DNA of 64,000 nucleotides from Vitrella brassicaformis CCMP3155 (taxonomy: Eukaryota > Protista > Chromerida): contig CDMY01000718.1 of the NCBI GenBank assembly GCA_001179505.1, positions 223,383 to 287,382 on the forward strand, given 5' to 3'. Of the stretch, positions 1 to 12,751 are shown one piece after another; the stretch's first letter is position 1; each line of letters begins with the position of its first letter. Position numbers and translations under genes: made by a program. The notes under the pieces are model-generated. The model ran no database searches, had not been told where the DNA came from, and saw only the letters and a list, made by a program, of their open reading frames with translations.

Positions 1-448
1 GTGCGTCTGGTTTGACACAGATGATGTGCCTCGGTTCAAGACGGTTGAGCTGTCGAGTCTGACCAACGACGACATAGTGGCGATATTCATGCAAGACGCG
101 CGTCTGACGAACCTAGTGGACACTGCTAGGACGGTAGGTACCTTCACTTGCAAGACAGATGGATGGATGGATGGATGGCGGGCGTCACGGCCATGTCTGT
201 GGCGCACAGGAGGAGTGGGATGGCGAGACCTTCGCTGAGGTATTAGAGACCGACAAGATGAACGTGCAAAAGGCCATCAACGAGGTGCTGGGCAACCGCA
301 TTACCACCGGCAAGGTCGCACGCATCGTCAGATGGCTCAAACGCATCGATCCAAACGCGGTCAGTCAGTACACACACACACACACAAGCAGCCACCAGGA
401 GCGTTGTGTGATTGTTGCGCACAGGTGCAGGTGCCCCTTTCGACGTAG
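1..448 (+). CDS. 3' end of a spliced gene, SAM-like C-terminal helical domain (partial)
   Basis: Exons ~21-133 (DVPRFKTVELSSLTNDDIVAIFMQDARLTNLVDTART) and ~210-360 (EEWDGETFAEVLETDKMNVQKAINEVLGNRITTGKVARIVRWLKRIDPNA) are flanked by GT..AG. The EEWDGETF motif resembles the SAM-domain EEIDGETL. Likely stop TAG 446-448. Confidence 0.5.
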
Positions 449-1398
449 ACGATAGCTGCAGATGCGCATCCAGACCACTGCATCAATCAAGTGAGAATGT
501 ACGCACACACACAACACGACACTCACAGCTACACACATGGTCGCGGCCGTCTTCGATCGTGTGTGTGCAGGTGGTATCTTGTCTGTTCGAGGGCTGACGA
601 TGTAGCGATAGCGGTTTTCGGTCTTCAGGGGTCCGAGTGGGTGGGGTGGTATGCCGGCTGCTGTGCATAGGTCTGTCTCTCTCTTGTGTATGTGACCTAC
701 AAGACGTTTCTGCACATATGCTGCAGTTTTGCCGGTGAGAGGGCGCATTGAGTGTGTCAACAGATAGGGCCGCGTCGGGTGTACCTTCACTGTGCATAGG
801 CGTGTTACATGTGAAGATTGGACAGCGAGCTGCAGTCAATGGCATCCATCCCATACCCATCCACGAGGGGCACAGAGAAGAATCAGTGCAATTGAGGAGC
901 ATCATCAATGAACCAAATCTTGCCTTTTCGTAACTTGCCTGTTTCCGACAGCCCTACTGCCTCACCCTGAGGCTCTCAGGTCCAGGGGAAACCGCCTGGA
1001 AGGCTTCGGAAAGGGCCGATCGAGTGAGGATCGAATTGTCGTCGGTTTCCAAACTGGCAAATTCAATTCCTAAACTGCTTGACTGAATTAATGCTATGTG
1101 TGTTGAGGAAGCATATCATGAAAGAAACGGCTCAAAAGGGCCTGCAGAAACCATCCGCTTCACTTCAAAGCTCGCATCTCGCTAGTGCGTCCATCCTTCT
1201 TTGTTTCTTTGTGTTGCAGCTCGTGTGAAGCCAACTCTGTGACGCCATACCAAGCATCGAAAGATCTGCAATAATCGCCGAAGGTACACTTACATGAACG
1301 CAACGTCATTCGTTCGCTGACCGCTCTGCCAACAACACAGTAGAGTGGCAGGTAGAGCAGCGGAGGTTTCTTCCTTTCTCGTCGGGCTTGGATCAGCC

Positions 1399-4300
1399 AT
1401 GGCAAGTCAATCTCCCTCTCGTGGGGAAGAGGGCGTTCAGCAGCAGGAGCCTTCGAGAGCTGCTGGGCTGTGCGCAGTCCAGCCGACAAGTGAGCACACG
1501 AGAGGCAACTCTGCGCATGGTCCTCACTCTGTTGGATGCGTGATCTTTTCTCAGGTGCTTCCAGTCAGCTTCGCAGCAACCACGATGCTGCCCTGCCTGA
1601 GCCGCCACGGATCAGTGGGGGCACACCAGTGACTGAAGATATGATACAGACAGCTGTTGCCACGATCGCCGTCACAGGCGTGCCACTGAGCAGCAATGCA
1701 CCTGGGCACAACACGTCACAGGTATGTGGACAAGTGAGCGGGCACGCAAAGATACGTGTGGCGCTTGATACCTGTCTGCCTGCTGGTTCCACCCAGGGCT
1801 CTCTCCATCATTTTTCATCAACAGGACCGTCATCGATCGACCATGATCCGCCATTCCCCTACCCACAGCCACCAGCCGCCGCTCTTCCTCACCCCTCGCA
1901 GCCACCAATCCACCCGTATTACCTACTCCCGCACCACGCCCTCGTCCATTGCCCCGTGGATGGCGTACCTGCTGTGTCGCCGGATGCGACGGCCGGGTCG
2001 GCACGCCGGCGTGCGTCATCCCTCCCGTACTCTTCTCGATCAAGGGAATTCACGATCGACGAGAGAGAGAGGCTTGTGGACGAGTTCGAGACGCGCAGGG
2101 CAGCGGGAGAGGCCCTCACGCAGCAGGCATTTGCACTCGAGAAGGGCATCACACTCAGCCAGCTGAAGCACTGGCTGGTCAAGGTGGGACAGGAGACTGA
2201 AGCAGCCGACAAGACAAAGAAGCGCAACAGGCCACCGAGGTATGGGCCGATCGAGGCCGAGATGCGTCAATGGATGCTAACCCAGCAACAGCCTATGCAA
2301 GTCCCGTGCGAGGCAATCCGCCGCAGAGCGCTGGAGATCGCTCGTCGCCTGGGCATCAACGACTTCAAGGCGAGCAACAGCTGGATCACAGGCCTCAAGG
2401 AACGCTACCAACAGGTGGGACAGAGATCGAGCAGGCGGGGCATGAGCGTATGCGCAATCCATCGCATGTCTGTTGCGTTGCCCGATTCAGGGTATCACTT
2501 TCGTCCCCGAACTGTCTCCTGCTGCTTCTGTCGCTGCTGCTGCTGCTGCTCCTGACACCGATGACGTGATGGTGAGGGAAGACTACATGAAAGGCGCACT
2601 CACCTCGGATTTGCGTGTGGTCTAGTTGGTGGGACCGGAGGTGTTCAGAGCCGACGCATCGGATGACAGGCACAGCCAGCCGAAACGGACAAACAATCAG
2701 GTGACAGCAAGCAGTTCATGATTTCACATGACTCGTCATCTTGTGGGCGTTTCAGAGACGCGGAGAAGGGCGATCTGCTCCCCACTCCCCTCTCCCGACG
2801 CATCCACCCCATCCCCACCCTCTGCCGATATCCCTCACCCTCCACCCAGCCCCACAGCCCAACACACCTCCATCCATCGGCACTTGCCAGGAGGGTGCTG
2901 CTGCTCCACAGCCAGTTGACGACGATGATACACACACAGCGGATGGATTTATCGGCCGAGGTCGTGGCGACGAGCCAGCAGGGCCAACACAACAAGACAG
3001 CCTAATGGCGGAACTCGAGAGGGAGCTGAGAGACTACATGGCGAATTTTGGTTATCCAATGGCCGTGAACAGGGAGGTCATCAGGGACACAGCGTTGCAG
3101 ATTGCAAGTCGGCTGCTGGGGCTGAATGACTTCTGCGCGAGCGACGAGTGGATCGAGGCATTCATGGTGCCGTACCAGCAGGTAGGAGAGAGCAAACACA
3201 TGGAGGGAAGCAACGTCAATGGCGATTCCTGTTTGCCCGCATGCTCTATTTCTCTCCAGAGCCCACCTGTTGTTGCCGCTGCGGCGGCTGCAAACAGTGC
3301 CTACTGCCCGGGTCATCCAACCCCGAGCACACAGTCGCCCAGCCCCCTCACCCCACAAGCAGGTCGGCCGCTGAATGACTACACATGTACCAGCACATAT
3401 TCATTGGAACTGCTGCGCTTCAGGCAATGGCGGCGCTGCCGTACGTACCCCCGTGACGTCATCCCCTGCTCAGGTGAGCGTGTGTACGCACTTACGTGAC
3501 TGTAGCGGCCCTGTGTGATACTGTCTGTATATACATGTGTTCCCTACTGGCTCCAGAGCACTACGGGCGCTGCTGTGGAGCAACAGTCGGAACATTCACA
3601 TGGCCGGGACACCATGAGTGTAAGAAGCACTACCACACCATCTGTCTGAGTACACATCAGCCATCTACATGTGTACTGTGTTGTCTCAGGTCGTCCACTC
3701 AGAGGACAGGAGGACGGCCAGTGGCGACAGGCACCCCAAGTACCAGAAGAATGACCGATTCCCGCACTTAGAGGACCCGTGCTCGGTGGTAAGGGGTGCA
3801 TAGGGATCACTCGGCTGCAGCGCATCCGTATTGTCGTCTTCGTGTTGTGTGTTCAGGTATGGTCTCGTTCGTCGGTCAAGTCTGCGATCAGCGACAGCGC
3901 CGATGACACCTCCAGTGGCAAACAAGAGGTCAGTACGAAGGGAGGACACAGCAATAGCTTCCCTGCTGCACATGGGGTGTACACGTCCTTCTCTGTCTCT
4001 TGTGCCGTCACCAGGCCGATGCTGACATCATTAGTTTGTCATCCGATGGTGTGGTCGCTGCAAGGGTCCTGGCGGCTTGCAGCACGACAGAACAAGGCTG
4101 TAGCGACACACTGCGAGGCGACGTGATACCTAAAATGACAGCCATTGACCCCTCACTCGTTACCGTTCACCAAGCATACGACTGGTAAAACACTTGCACA
4201 CATACGTACTCGTCCACGTAAATTATCAGATGGTATGGCAGGTACACTTATGAGCAGAACAAGGGCGTCAGTGGCTGGTTCTCCTTACTGGGGCCTGTTC

Positions 4301-4926
4301 ATCAAGGAGGACAACACTACGACCTGCGCAGGCAGGTACTCAGCAAGCGAAACGACGCAGGATAGGCCGACAAAGACTCTAGTGTCCGGCGTTTCTCAGG
4401 GCTCGGGCTTGCCCCCGGCCCACGTGTCAAGTAGTGATAACCTGATGGTAGAGCTGTTAGGTGTGTCGAGCCTGTTGGTTTCACTTAAGGTTCTCGCCAG
4501 CACAGTGCCTTTGACGGAACAAGTGGTAGGCTGCGGTTCTGACGGTGCTTTGACATTGCGTCTTCTTGTCCTCTTCTCGGTGCAGGTCGCCCTGCTGATC
4601 GATCATCAGCTTCCATTCATCACTTCAACCATTCAAAAGAACCGAGAGGCAATCGACCAGAGGGAGGAGAAGATCTTCGGGCAACTGGGGGACAGCATGA
4701 GAGAGCTGCTCAGGAAGCTGGAACCGCACGTCGGCGAGCTCGACCAGGGCATCAAAAATGCCTTTCATCGACTGGCCGAGAAGATAAATGGCGGCGCTGC
4801 AGTCGCATCTTCTTCTCTTGGCGAGTCCCTGCACGGCTTCCTGCACTCGTTCATGCTGATTCCATCCGAGAAGCGGAACCTTCTCCTGGAGATTGTAGCG
4901 GCGTGGACTGTCGAGCTCTTCACAAG
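1399..4926 (+). CDS. CENP-B/Tc5-type HTH protein (two HTH modules plus an unassigned helical region); splices in frame into the downstream ZnF-PARG
   Basis: Module 1 ~2040-2414 (REFTIDERERLV...GITLSQLKHWL...RYGPIEAEMRQW...IRRRALEIARRLGINDFKASNSWITGLKERY). Module 2 ~3005-3180 (ELERELRDY...VIRDTALQIASRLLGLNDFCASDEWIEAF). Both match the FKAS.GW signature of CENP-B/pogo DNA-binding domains. Phase-compatible GT-AG introns traced from ATG 1399 through 3620-3690, 4185-4241, 4336-4399 and 4927-4982. Confidence 0.75.
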
Positions 4927-4982
4927 GTACATGGCAGAATGGAGGTGGCCTGAGAGCGCTGAGTTGGGGTGTGTCTTTGCAG

Positions 4983-6829
4983 GTGTCCTCCCAACAATCG
5001 TCACTCATCCAGCAGGGAGGGCTCAAGACAGCCGAAAGGCCGCCGTGTTGGGTGCCGGGTGCCTGGCTGCTATCATGCCAACTGCCTGAGAACCGGACAC
5101 CATTACTGCAAATGGTGCAAGGACACCGACTCTGCCCACTTCGCCGCTGATTGCCACCGCAAGCCCGGCTTCAGCGGGGAATACCCAGCAAACACGGCTT
5201 TGGTGAGTGGGCCAAACAAACGGGGACCGCTGCATGAGCCCATTTGGTGTGTCTGCTCATGCTCTTAGGCATTTTTATTGCCCTGGCCGTCGTTCCCATT
5301 CTGGTCGCACTACCCGTCACCCCAGTACAGCTCCCCTCGCAGCATCCAAGACATCCTGGCCCACCACGCCCACGATCACGGCCGCGCAAAGGAGCCCACG
5401 GACGTCACCCGTCTGCTGAGCACGCTGCAGTCGGCCATGGGCGGCCGAGGGGGCAGCTTCCGTGGAGTGGAAAAGATGTGGACCTCCATCTTCATCGACG
5501 AGACGCTGCCCGTCCTGTGTGACGTCCTCTCCAAGGGCGGCTACAGCTTCCCTCTGCGATCCTCCTCCAACAACCCGGGCAGCGGCATGGAGAAACAGAT
5601 GACGGCTCGGCAGTGCTTCGCCCTCATCGGCGCGGGCTTCCTCTGTCTGCACAAGCACGACGATCCAGGCAGCCTCAACTTTGACCGCCTGTTCGACAAC
5701 AGCACACCCTCTGGCATGGCCAAGCTGCAGTGCTTCATCAACTACCTCGACACCATGGCGCGGGCCATCAAGGAGAACAAGAGCACCGAGACGGATCGTG
5801 TGGTCATCTTCCAAGCCCTGCATAGCCCAGCGGCGGGGCTTCAGGAGTGGTCGGAGTCGACTGCCACTCTGGTGGACGTGCGATTCGTGGAAGGCACCCA
5901 AGCGTCCATCTTCGACTCGGAGGGCATTAGGGGCGACTTCGCCAACGAGGACATCGGTGGCGGAACGCTGGGAAACGGTACGCAGACCACCTCAGGGGAC
6001 CCACATGCCTTCTTGCATGTGTGTCTGTGTCTTGCTGTGTGTGTGTGTGTCTGTGTCAGGTGCGGTGCAGGAGGAGATTTTGTTCTCAATCGAGCCTGAG
6101 TGCCTTGTCGCCCGCTACCTCTTCCCCAGAGCCATGCAGCCCACAGAGGCCTTCATGATCGTCGGCTCCAAGACGTTCAGCCGCACATCGGGATACGGCC
6201 GCGAGACCCTCCGCTTCGCTGGCCCTGTCCTCGACACCGCCACCACGAGACACGTCGATGGCCATCCGGTGCTGAACAAGTACATCGTGGCCTTCGATGC
6301 CGTCAACTTTGGCAAGCACGGGGGCGATCAGCAGTACGACGAGACGTGTGTGCTGCGGGAGCTCAACAAGGCACACACGGCGTTCCACTGCAATGGCCTG
6401 ACGGTCGTCAGTGGCATGCCCTTCGCGACGGGTGAGTGAGGCACACACACAGAATGGTCATCTTGTCTTGTCTGCACATCTGCGTCGGCTCGTGTGTCTG
6501 TGCGTGTGTCTGTCTGTCCAGGCAATTGGGGCTGCGGTGTGTTTGGTGGCGACCCCCAGTGAAAGCTGCTCATCCAGTGGTGTGCTGCGAGTATCGCCGG
6601 CCGCCCGCTGCACTACTACCCGCGAGACGAGCGCAGCCTTATGGGCGCCGAGCGCTTCATCCACAGCCTGAAGGCCGCTGGGTGCGACACTGTAGGCGGG
6701 CTGGTCCAGCTGATGTGTGACAGGCGCACACAGAGGGCCATCGCGGGGCGGAATCGAATGTCGGCATTCGAGGCCATCAAGGCGATCTTCACGGAGCGGA
6801 GCAGACCATCCCCACCACCCGTGGTATAA
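4983..6829 (+). CDS. PARG: Poly(ADP-ribose) glycohydrolase catalytic domain with N-terminal zinc finger (copy 1, intact)
   Basis: Exons 4983-5202, 5269-5977, 6060-6431, 6522-6829. PARG signature DFANEDIGGGTLGNG|AVQEE (GGG-x-QEE), plus SGYG, AFDA, RELNKA and ATG|NWGCGVFGGD. Confidence 0.93.
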
Positions 6830-6914
6830 GCTGCCCCTCCATACCTGTCTGCATCAATCTCATCGGCTTTGTGCGTTTGTGTGCCAGTCTCGCAGCTCAT
6901 TGCCTCCATCCCAC

Positions 6915-8722
6915 ATGCAGCACTACTCGCCCCAGTTCGCATTGACCGACGCGCCTGCAACGCCACCCACGACACGTCAAGACGGCCAGCGCAACGTGGT
7001 GAGCCGTCAGCCAAAGCTGAGGTCCTGTGGTCATGCCTGTCTGTTTGTGCCCGCCATGTGTTGCCGTGGCTGTGTTGTCTGCAGGGTGGTTCGTCATCGT
7101 CAGGGCGGTCCCGCGGCCACCACTCGCCCGACCACCACGCTCACCACCGCGGCTCCCATGACAGAGAGCACAGCCACGAGAGAAAGCCAAGTTATGACCC
7201 CAAGCCCTTGGGCTGCCGTGTCAAGGGCTGCACTCATCCCAACTGCCGGAAGACGGGCAAGCACTACTGCAAAACCTGCGGCGACACGGTACTGTGCCGA
7301 CAAGAACCAAGGCCGATGATGCGACGCGACACCAGTATCGCCTCTCTGTGTGTTTGTCTGTGTGCAGGACTCTGATCACTATTCGTCTGCATGCCCCAAG
7401 CTGCGGAAGGCCTCGTCGAGTCGGGTGCGGTCGGCCGCTGACTCGGGTGGAAGTGATGATGACGGCAACGAATCGGACGATAGCACAGTGCAAAGGGATG
7501 GGAAGGGGAGGCCGCATTGCTTCCTACGCACTCATGGTTAGTGCTGTTGTCTGTTGTGTGTTGCTGTCAGGCTGCATCGTCCCGCAGGTCTCGTCGGTCG
7601 TCTGGCTGCTCGTCTGGCTCCCCGGGTGGCGCCAACCCGATGATGCAGCCCATGATGCAGGTTCGCTCATGCGCATGCACTCAGTGGATGCGAAGGCTGG
7701 CCGATGGTGTGTTCTTTGGCATTGTGTGGCGCAGCTCCTCATGTCAATGATGCAGCAGCCGCCTCCGCCACCCCCTGCGCCCGCCACAGGAGCTGGCCAG
7801 CAGGACACCGACCAGACGGCCAATCAGAACACCAATCAGCAGACCAACCAGAACGCCAATGCAGCCCTGGTGGGCACACGCCACTGCAAGCACCTCCGCC
7901 GCCTCTCACCGTGTATTTGTATGTCCCCTTCAGGCCGCCCCTGTGTGTGACCCGCGTGTGCTGGCTACAGCCATGCTCTTCAACAACCTCTTCATATCGG
8001 GTCAGCAGCAGCAGCAGGGCGGTGACTCGCCTCGCCACCGCCGCCGCTCCCCGTCCCCCCGTCGCCCGTCGTGCGGCGTCCGAGGCTGCCGCATCGACCA
8101 CTCCCAACACAAGTGCCGACGGTGCGGCAAGATCAACGACCATTTGACCAGGGACTGCACAGTGCAATGTCGTGTGCCCGGCTGCAAGAAAGCGCACAAT
8201 CACTACTGCCGTCTGTGTGGAGACAAGGACAGCGACCACTGGGCCAGCGAATGCCCCAAGGGCATCACACTTTACCACCAGACATCCATAGCGGCAGGTC
8301 AGGCGATCGCGTCGGGCCGCAACATGCAGCCGGGCACTGGTGGTCTCGTTGGTGGCGGCATCTATTTGTAAGCACATGGCACATCATGGCGTGAATGTGC
8401 TGTCTCTGCATGTACGTGCGCGTGTGTGTGTCTCGTCAGTGCGGCGACCGAGCAAGAGACCAACAGAAAGGCCCACCACCGCGGCTGCATGATCGAGGCC
8501 AGAGTGTACCTGGGAAAGATCAAGCAGATCACCAAGACCCAGATCTTCAACTACACCCACCAGAGCCTGCAGCAAGAGGGCTACGACTCGATACACGTGA
8601 CGCCCATGGTGACGGGGGATGAGTACATCGTCTTCAACCGGGCGCAGGTTAAGCTGAGGAAGGTGTGGGACATGGCGACCAAAGCAGAGATTCCCATCAA
8701 GCATCATGATCTGTCACAGTGA
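6915..8722 (+). CDS. Zinc-finger, Gig2/PARP-like H-Y-E ADP-ribosyltransferase (copy 1, intact)
   Basis: Exons 6915(or 6888)-6998, 7085-7288, 7368-7487, 7571-7660, 7735-7869, 7934-8367, 8440-8722. Three Cys/His fingers followed by LYHQTS...AIAS...GGGIY|FA...KAHHRG...ARVYLG...GYDS...GDEYIVF. The H-Y-E triad is intact. Confidence 0.85.
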
Positions 8723-9143
8723 GACCGGCATGTGTGATAAGACACATTGATGTGTGTAAGCTCTTTCCACGTGTTGTGTTGAGTGACTACGTGGTTAGTG
8801 ATGTATAAGAAGTGATATCTCGGTCGAGGTAGGTTTCGTGTGCTGGCTTTCCTTTTTGTCGGCTGCTGCCTTGGCCAACCGAAAGGTCGGCCCTGTAATG
8901 TGGTGTTGGTGGAGTGGGGGAGCTGACCGCATCGCTGTCATGCGCATGAATGCACTCTGTCTCTGTGCTACCGGCCTTGTGATGACTTGGTGCTACTAAC
9001 CCTCTTGGTGCTCCGACGACACACATTGCACAAGATATAATAAGTATTCACGAGCACATGAAAACACACCCAGTGAGTGCTGACCAGTCAGCTACAAGTG
9101 GGCAAATATCTACGCCTTGACCTGCTTCTACTCGCACTTGTGA

Positions 9144-12100
9144 TTATTTGCCTAGATAGTGCAGCCTATTGATTCGTTCGGGAAGCAGTTCCGCCAACTC
9201 CTTGGCCTAAAACACACACACACACACACACGCACACACGCGCACACACAGCCGTTTTGCTGTATCAGTTGCATCGGTTGGTCACTTACTCACCAGTCTG
9301 ACTTGCTCCTTGAGCGTAACGTCGCATTTCTCTACCATGTCGGGATGCTTGGACGCATAAGCCAACACACTCTCGTACTCCTATGAACACACACACACAC
9401 ACACCGCACGCAGAGACTCAGTGACACAACAGGTGTATTCGTCTCTTGTGGTTGCTGACTTTGAGCGCCTTGACGTAGCTCTCCTTCCTCTGCTCGAACG
9501 TCGTACCGCACTTCATCAACATACTAAACAACAACCACACATACACACACACACACACACACACAGATGCAACACAGCGCCTGAATGGACGCACTTATCA
9601 GCCTTCCTGACCTGGCTCTCGTCATCTTTGCCATCCAGTAGGGCTTGACATCGTCCTCCTCCAGCGACCACTCGCCCTCCCTCTCCCTCCTGTTGGCCTC
9701 ACGCACCTCACCCAGCTTCGCCGACGCCACCTTGTGGGGGTCCTTGTCGAACGTGTTGATGAAGTGCGAGTAGAATGTCACGGCCTGCTGCGCCAGCTCG
9801 GCCAGCTTGGCTTGCAACTTGCCGGACGGCTTCAGGCCTGGGAAAAGGGGAAGGCAGTTGGCAGATGAGTGTGTGCGTGGGTGTGTGTGTGGGGGAGGGG
9901 GGGAGGGGGGGCTGGCTGACCGGTGTCGTCTTCTTGTTGATCTTGGTCTTTTGCGGGTGGTGGCTCCTTGGGCCGTGATGTGTGCAGGGACACGGCGGGC
10001 ATATCGTATTTCTTGAGGTCGTGCAGCTCCTGACACAACTCGCCGCACTCGAACGCCATCTGACGACTGACAGACACGCACAGCCATCCACGCACATAAG
10101 TACACACAAGGCTGCGATCTGCCTTTGTGCGTGTGGGGGGCTTACACGTGAACGAGGAAGTGTTGTGGATTGAGTTGCTCGACCAGCGGTCCCAGTATCT
10201 TTAGTCGCCGCGACATCATCGATGCGATGCGCTGCGTGTCGGGCTCGAAGTAACTTAGATGCCTGTCAAGACACACACGTAGGTGTGTGAGAGGGTTCGT
10301 GGGCGCTGTGCATTGGACTCTCACCTGTACAGTGCTGATTGCAGAATGGCCAGCCTAACGTGATCGGTCACATACCCATCCAGCACATAATACTGACACA
10401 CACCACAGACACCAGCCACAAATGCATGCAGACCTTTCCACGATGGTCCCTGCCGTACAGACGTTCATGGCCTGCTGCGCGTAGTAGTTGCCCAGCTTGA
10501 AGATCTCCCGCGCCATCTCAAACGAGAAAGCAGCACCCCTGTGCCGCTGGAACACATCCGGCTGCTCTTTGACACAGGCCGGCAGGTCGTCCTTCTCCAT
10601 GTGCTCGGCTCGAAGGCGGAAGAACTCCTCGTTTGAGGACCGGATGCGGCGCTCGATCTCCTTGTGGATGGGAGGGAAGTGCACGGCAGGGGCCACCATC
10701 ATGTCGGCGGAGAGGGCGACACACCTGACGGCCACATGGACACACAGACGGCGTGCAAAAGGATCCCTGTATCTGTGCACGTGCGTGTTTGTGCGCACCG
10801 GTCCGGTGGCGTATGGATGCCGTTCTCTTTGTCGCTGGCCTGGCCGTTGGCCTGGTCTGCTGGTGGTGTGTCGATGATCCGCTCCTCACTTTGTGCGGTA
10901 TCCTTATCCTCCTCCCTGGACAACGCTATCACCTACACCACACACACACACACACACAAACAGACCCATTCACTTATCCATGGACACATGAATGCTGACC
11001 CACCCACCCGTCCACCCACCCACCCATCCGCCCGCCAGCCCACCTCAGGTCTCTCTTGGTTCCACACGATATCATTCTCCCCCCTGACGCGCCACATCCA
11101 GCTGTCCAGGGTCTCTGTCGTCGGCAGGGCGTACGAGGACGATGCCGAGCCGTCGGTGTCCATCGACGACGAGCGAGTGGCTGCATCGTCTGAGCTGGCG
11201 AGAGGGGGTCCCAATGGCAGAGGGGAGGGAGGGGGCTGACAGACACACAAAAAAATACACACAAGCACCAGGTATGTTCCCATCCTTAGCTCCTGTGCGT
11301 GTTACCTCACCTCTGGCGGGAACACCAGGCGGCCGTCTTCCTCGATGTCCTTCCCATCCCCCTCGCCGCTCCCCGCTGCCTTGGAGCCGCCCTTGAAGCT
11401 CTCGGCCGCCCTGTCGGGGTGCTGGCAGAGCTGCTGGGAGAACTTGAGACGGATCGAGTAGAGGGTGGCCAGATCACGATGTACCTCGGCACGCAGCTCG
11501 GCGATGGGGAACGTATCAACATCAGCCTGAAGGATCAACAAAGCGGAATGACGTCCTGCCGTCGGTTCGTAACGGGTGTGAAAGTGTGTGACCTGTGTGG
11601 CTCTCTGGGCGACGACAGCGGCTGCATGCAGCAGGTACTCGCTGGTCCACATCAGCACCTCGTTGACGAAGTAGTCGCTCAGCTGACAGGCGTTCCTCAC
11701 CCAATCCTTGACGTCGAACCGGTTGGCCTTGACCTTGTCATCCTCCTCATCCCCTCCCCTCTCTCTCCCCGGCGGCTGCATGAACTCGTCATCGGTGAAC
11801 GACGACTTGTTGGCCAGCTGCCGCTCCAGCGTCATGGCGCAGTACTCGGCAGACAGCCGCCCCTCGCCCATCCCGCCATAAGCTTGCGCGAGGTAGAAGA
11901 GGGTCAGCGTATATTCCTTCTCCAGGTCGTGTGTGAAGCCCTCTGCTGTCGGCTGGGCGGCGGATTGCTTGGCGTGGGTGTAGAGCAGGAGATTGCGCCG
12001 GAGGTAGTTGCAGCCTCGCCTGGAGCTGGCGCGGTTGCACCAGATGGAGGCCATCAAGTTGCCCATCTTGAGCAGCATCAGCCGGTGCTTCTGCATCGAC

Positions 12101-12480
12101 GCCTCGCCGACAGAAGGGTCGGAGCACAGCTGCAGCACCACCTGGTAGGCCCGCCTGAGCACCTTCTCCCCACTGGCAATCTCATCGGTGTCGACGTAGT
12201 TGAAGGCCAGCCTCACGTAGACGTCCATGAGCGCCTCCGTGAGCTTCCGCGAAGGCGACTGCTCACTCATGACGACCCCATCGCGCATCAACTCGAACAA
12301 TATCTGCACAAACCATCACACACTCGTCCATTTCACCACCGAATGTGTGTGTTTTCTCCTACGCACCTGTCTGCCTTTGTATTTCGAGGCGTATGGTGTG
12401 GTCTCCGGGTCAATCTTGGCGGATAGGTCATCGTACTGCTGCAGCCGCGACGCCCAGTCAGCAGGTAGGTGGGCAGCCAT
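9144..12480 (-). CDS. KIFBP: KIF-binding protein (KBP)
   Basis: N-terminus MAAHLPADW...PETTPYASKYKGR; core YTLTLFYLAQAYG...SAEYCAMTLERQL...DWVRNACQLSDYF; LNPQHF; C-terminus EQVRL|AKELAELLPERINRL*. All resemble KBP family motifs. Multi-exon. Confidence 0.88.
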
Positions 12481-12751
12481 GCCGAACGCGACGGGCGGCG
12501 GAGTGAATGAATCGCTTTCAGCACTGCTTTGTTCTACTGAGCCGTCGTCTGTCTTCGCTCCTCTTTTTTCGCGAGATCTGCAAGCTTCGCCGCGAGCTTG
12601 GAGAGGATCGCTCCTTTGTCGTTTCGACGCGTTTTGGCTGGTTTCGCCCTCCGCCTTCCTCAGAGGCATGCAAAGGACGAGATGAGTCAAAAAACAGCGA
12701 GAAAAGATGGTTTCTTCCGCTGCTGCTGTTGCGAATGTGCAGGTGGCTGCC

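Noticed and set aside
2040-3180. Autonomous pogo/Tigger transposon
   Set aside because: No DDE catalytic domain or terminal inverted repeats were seen, and the HTHs sit in an intron-rich host-type gene.
3496-3771. PHD-like pattern (CCG..HECKKHYHTICL) in the ORF track
   Set aside because: Splice phases place the coding exon in another frame, and the H/C part lies inside the intron 3620-3690.
5053-8260. Zinc fingers as PBZ (PAR-binding) motifs
   Set aside because: Spacing and residues do not match the C-x5-C-x6-H-x5-H PBZ pattern.
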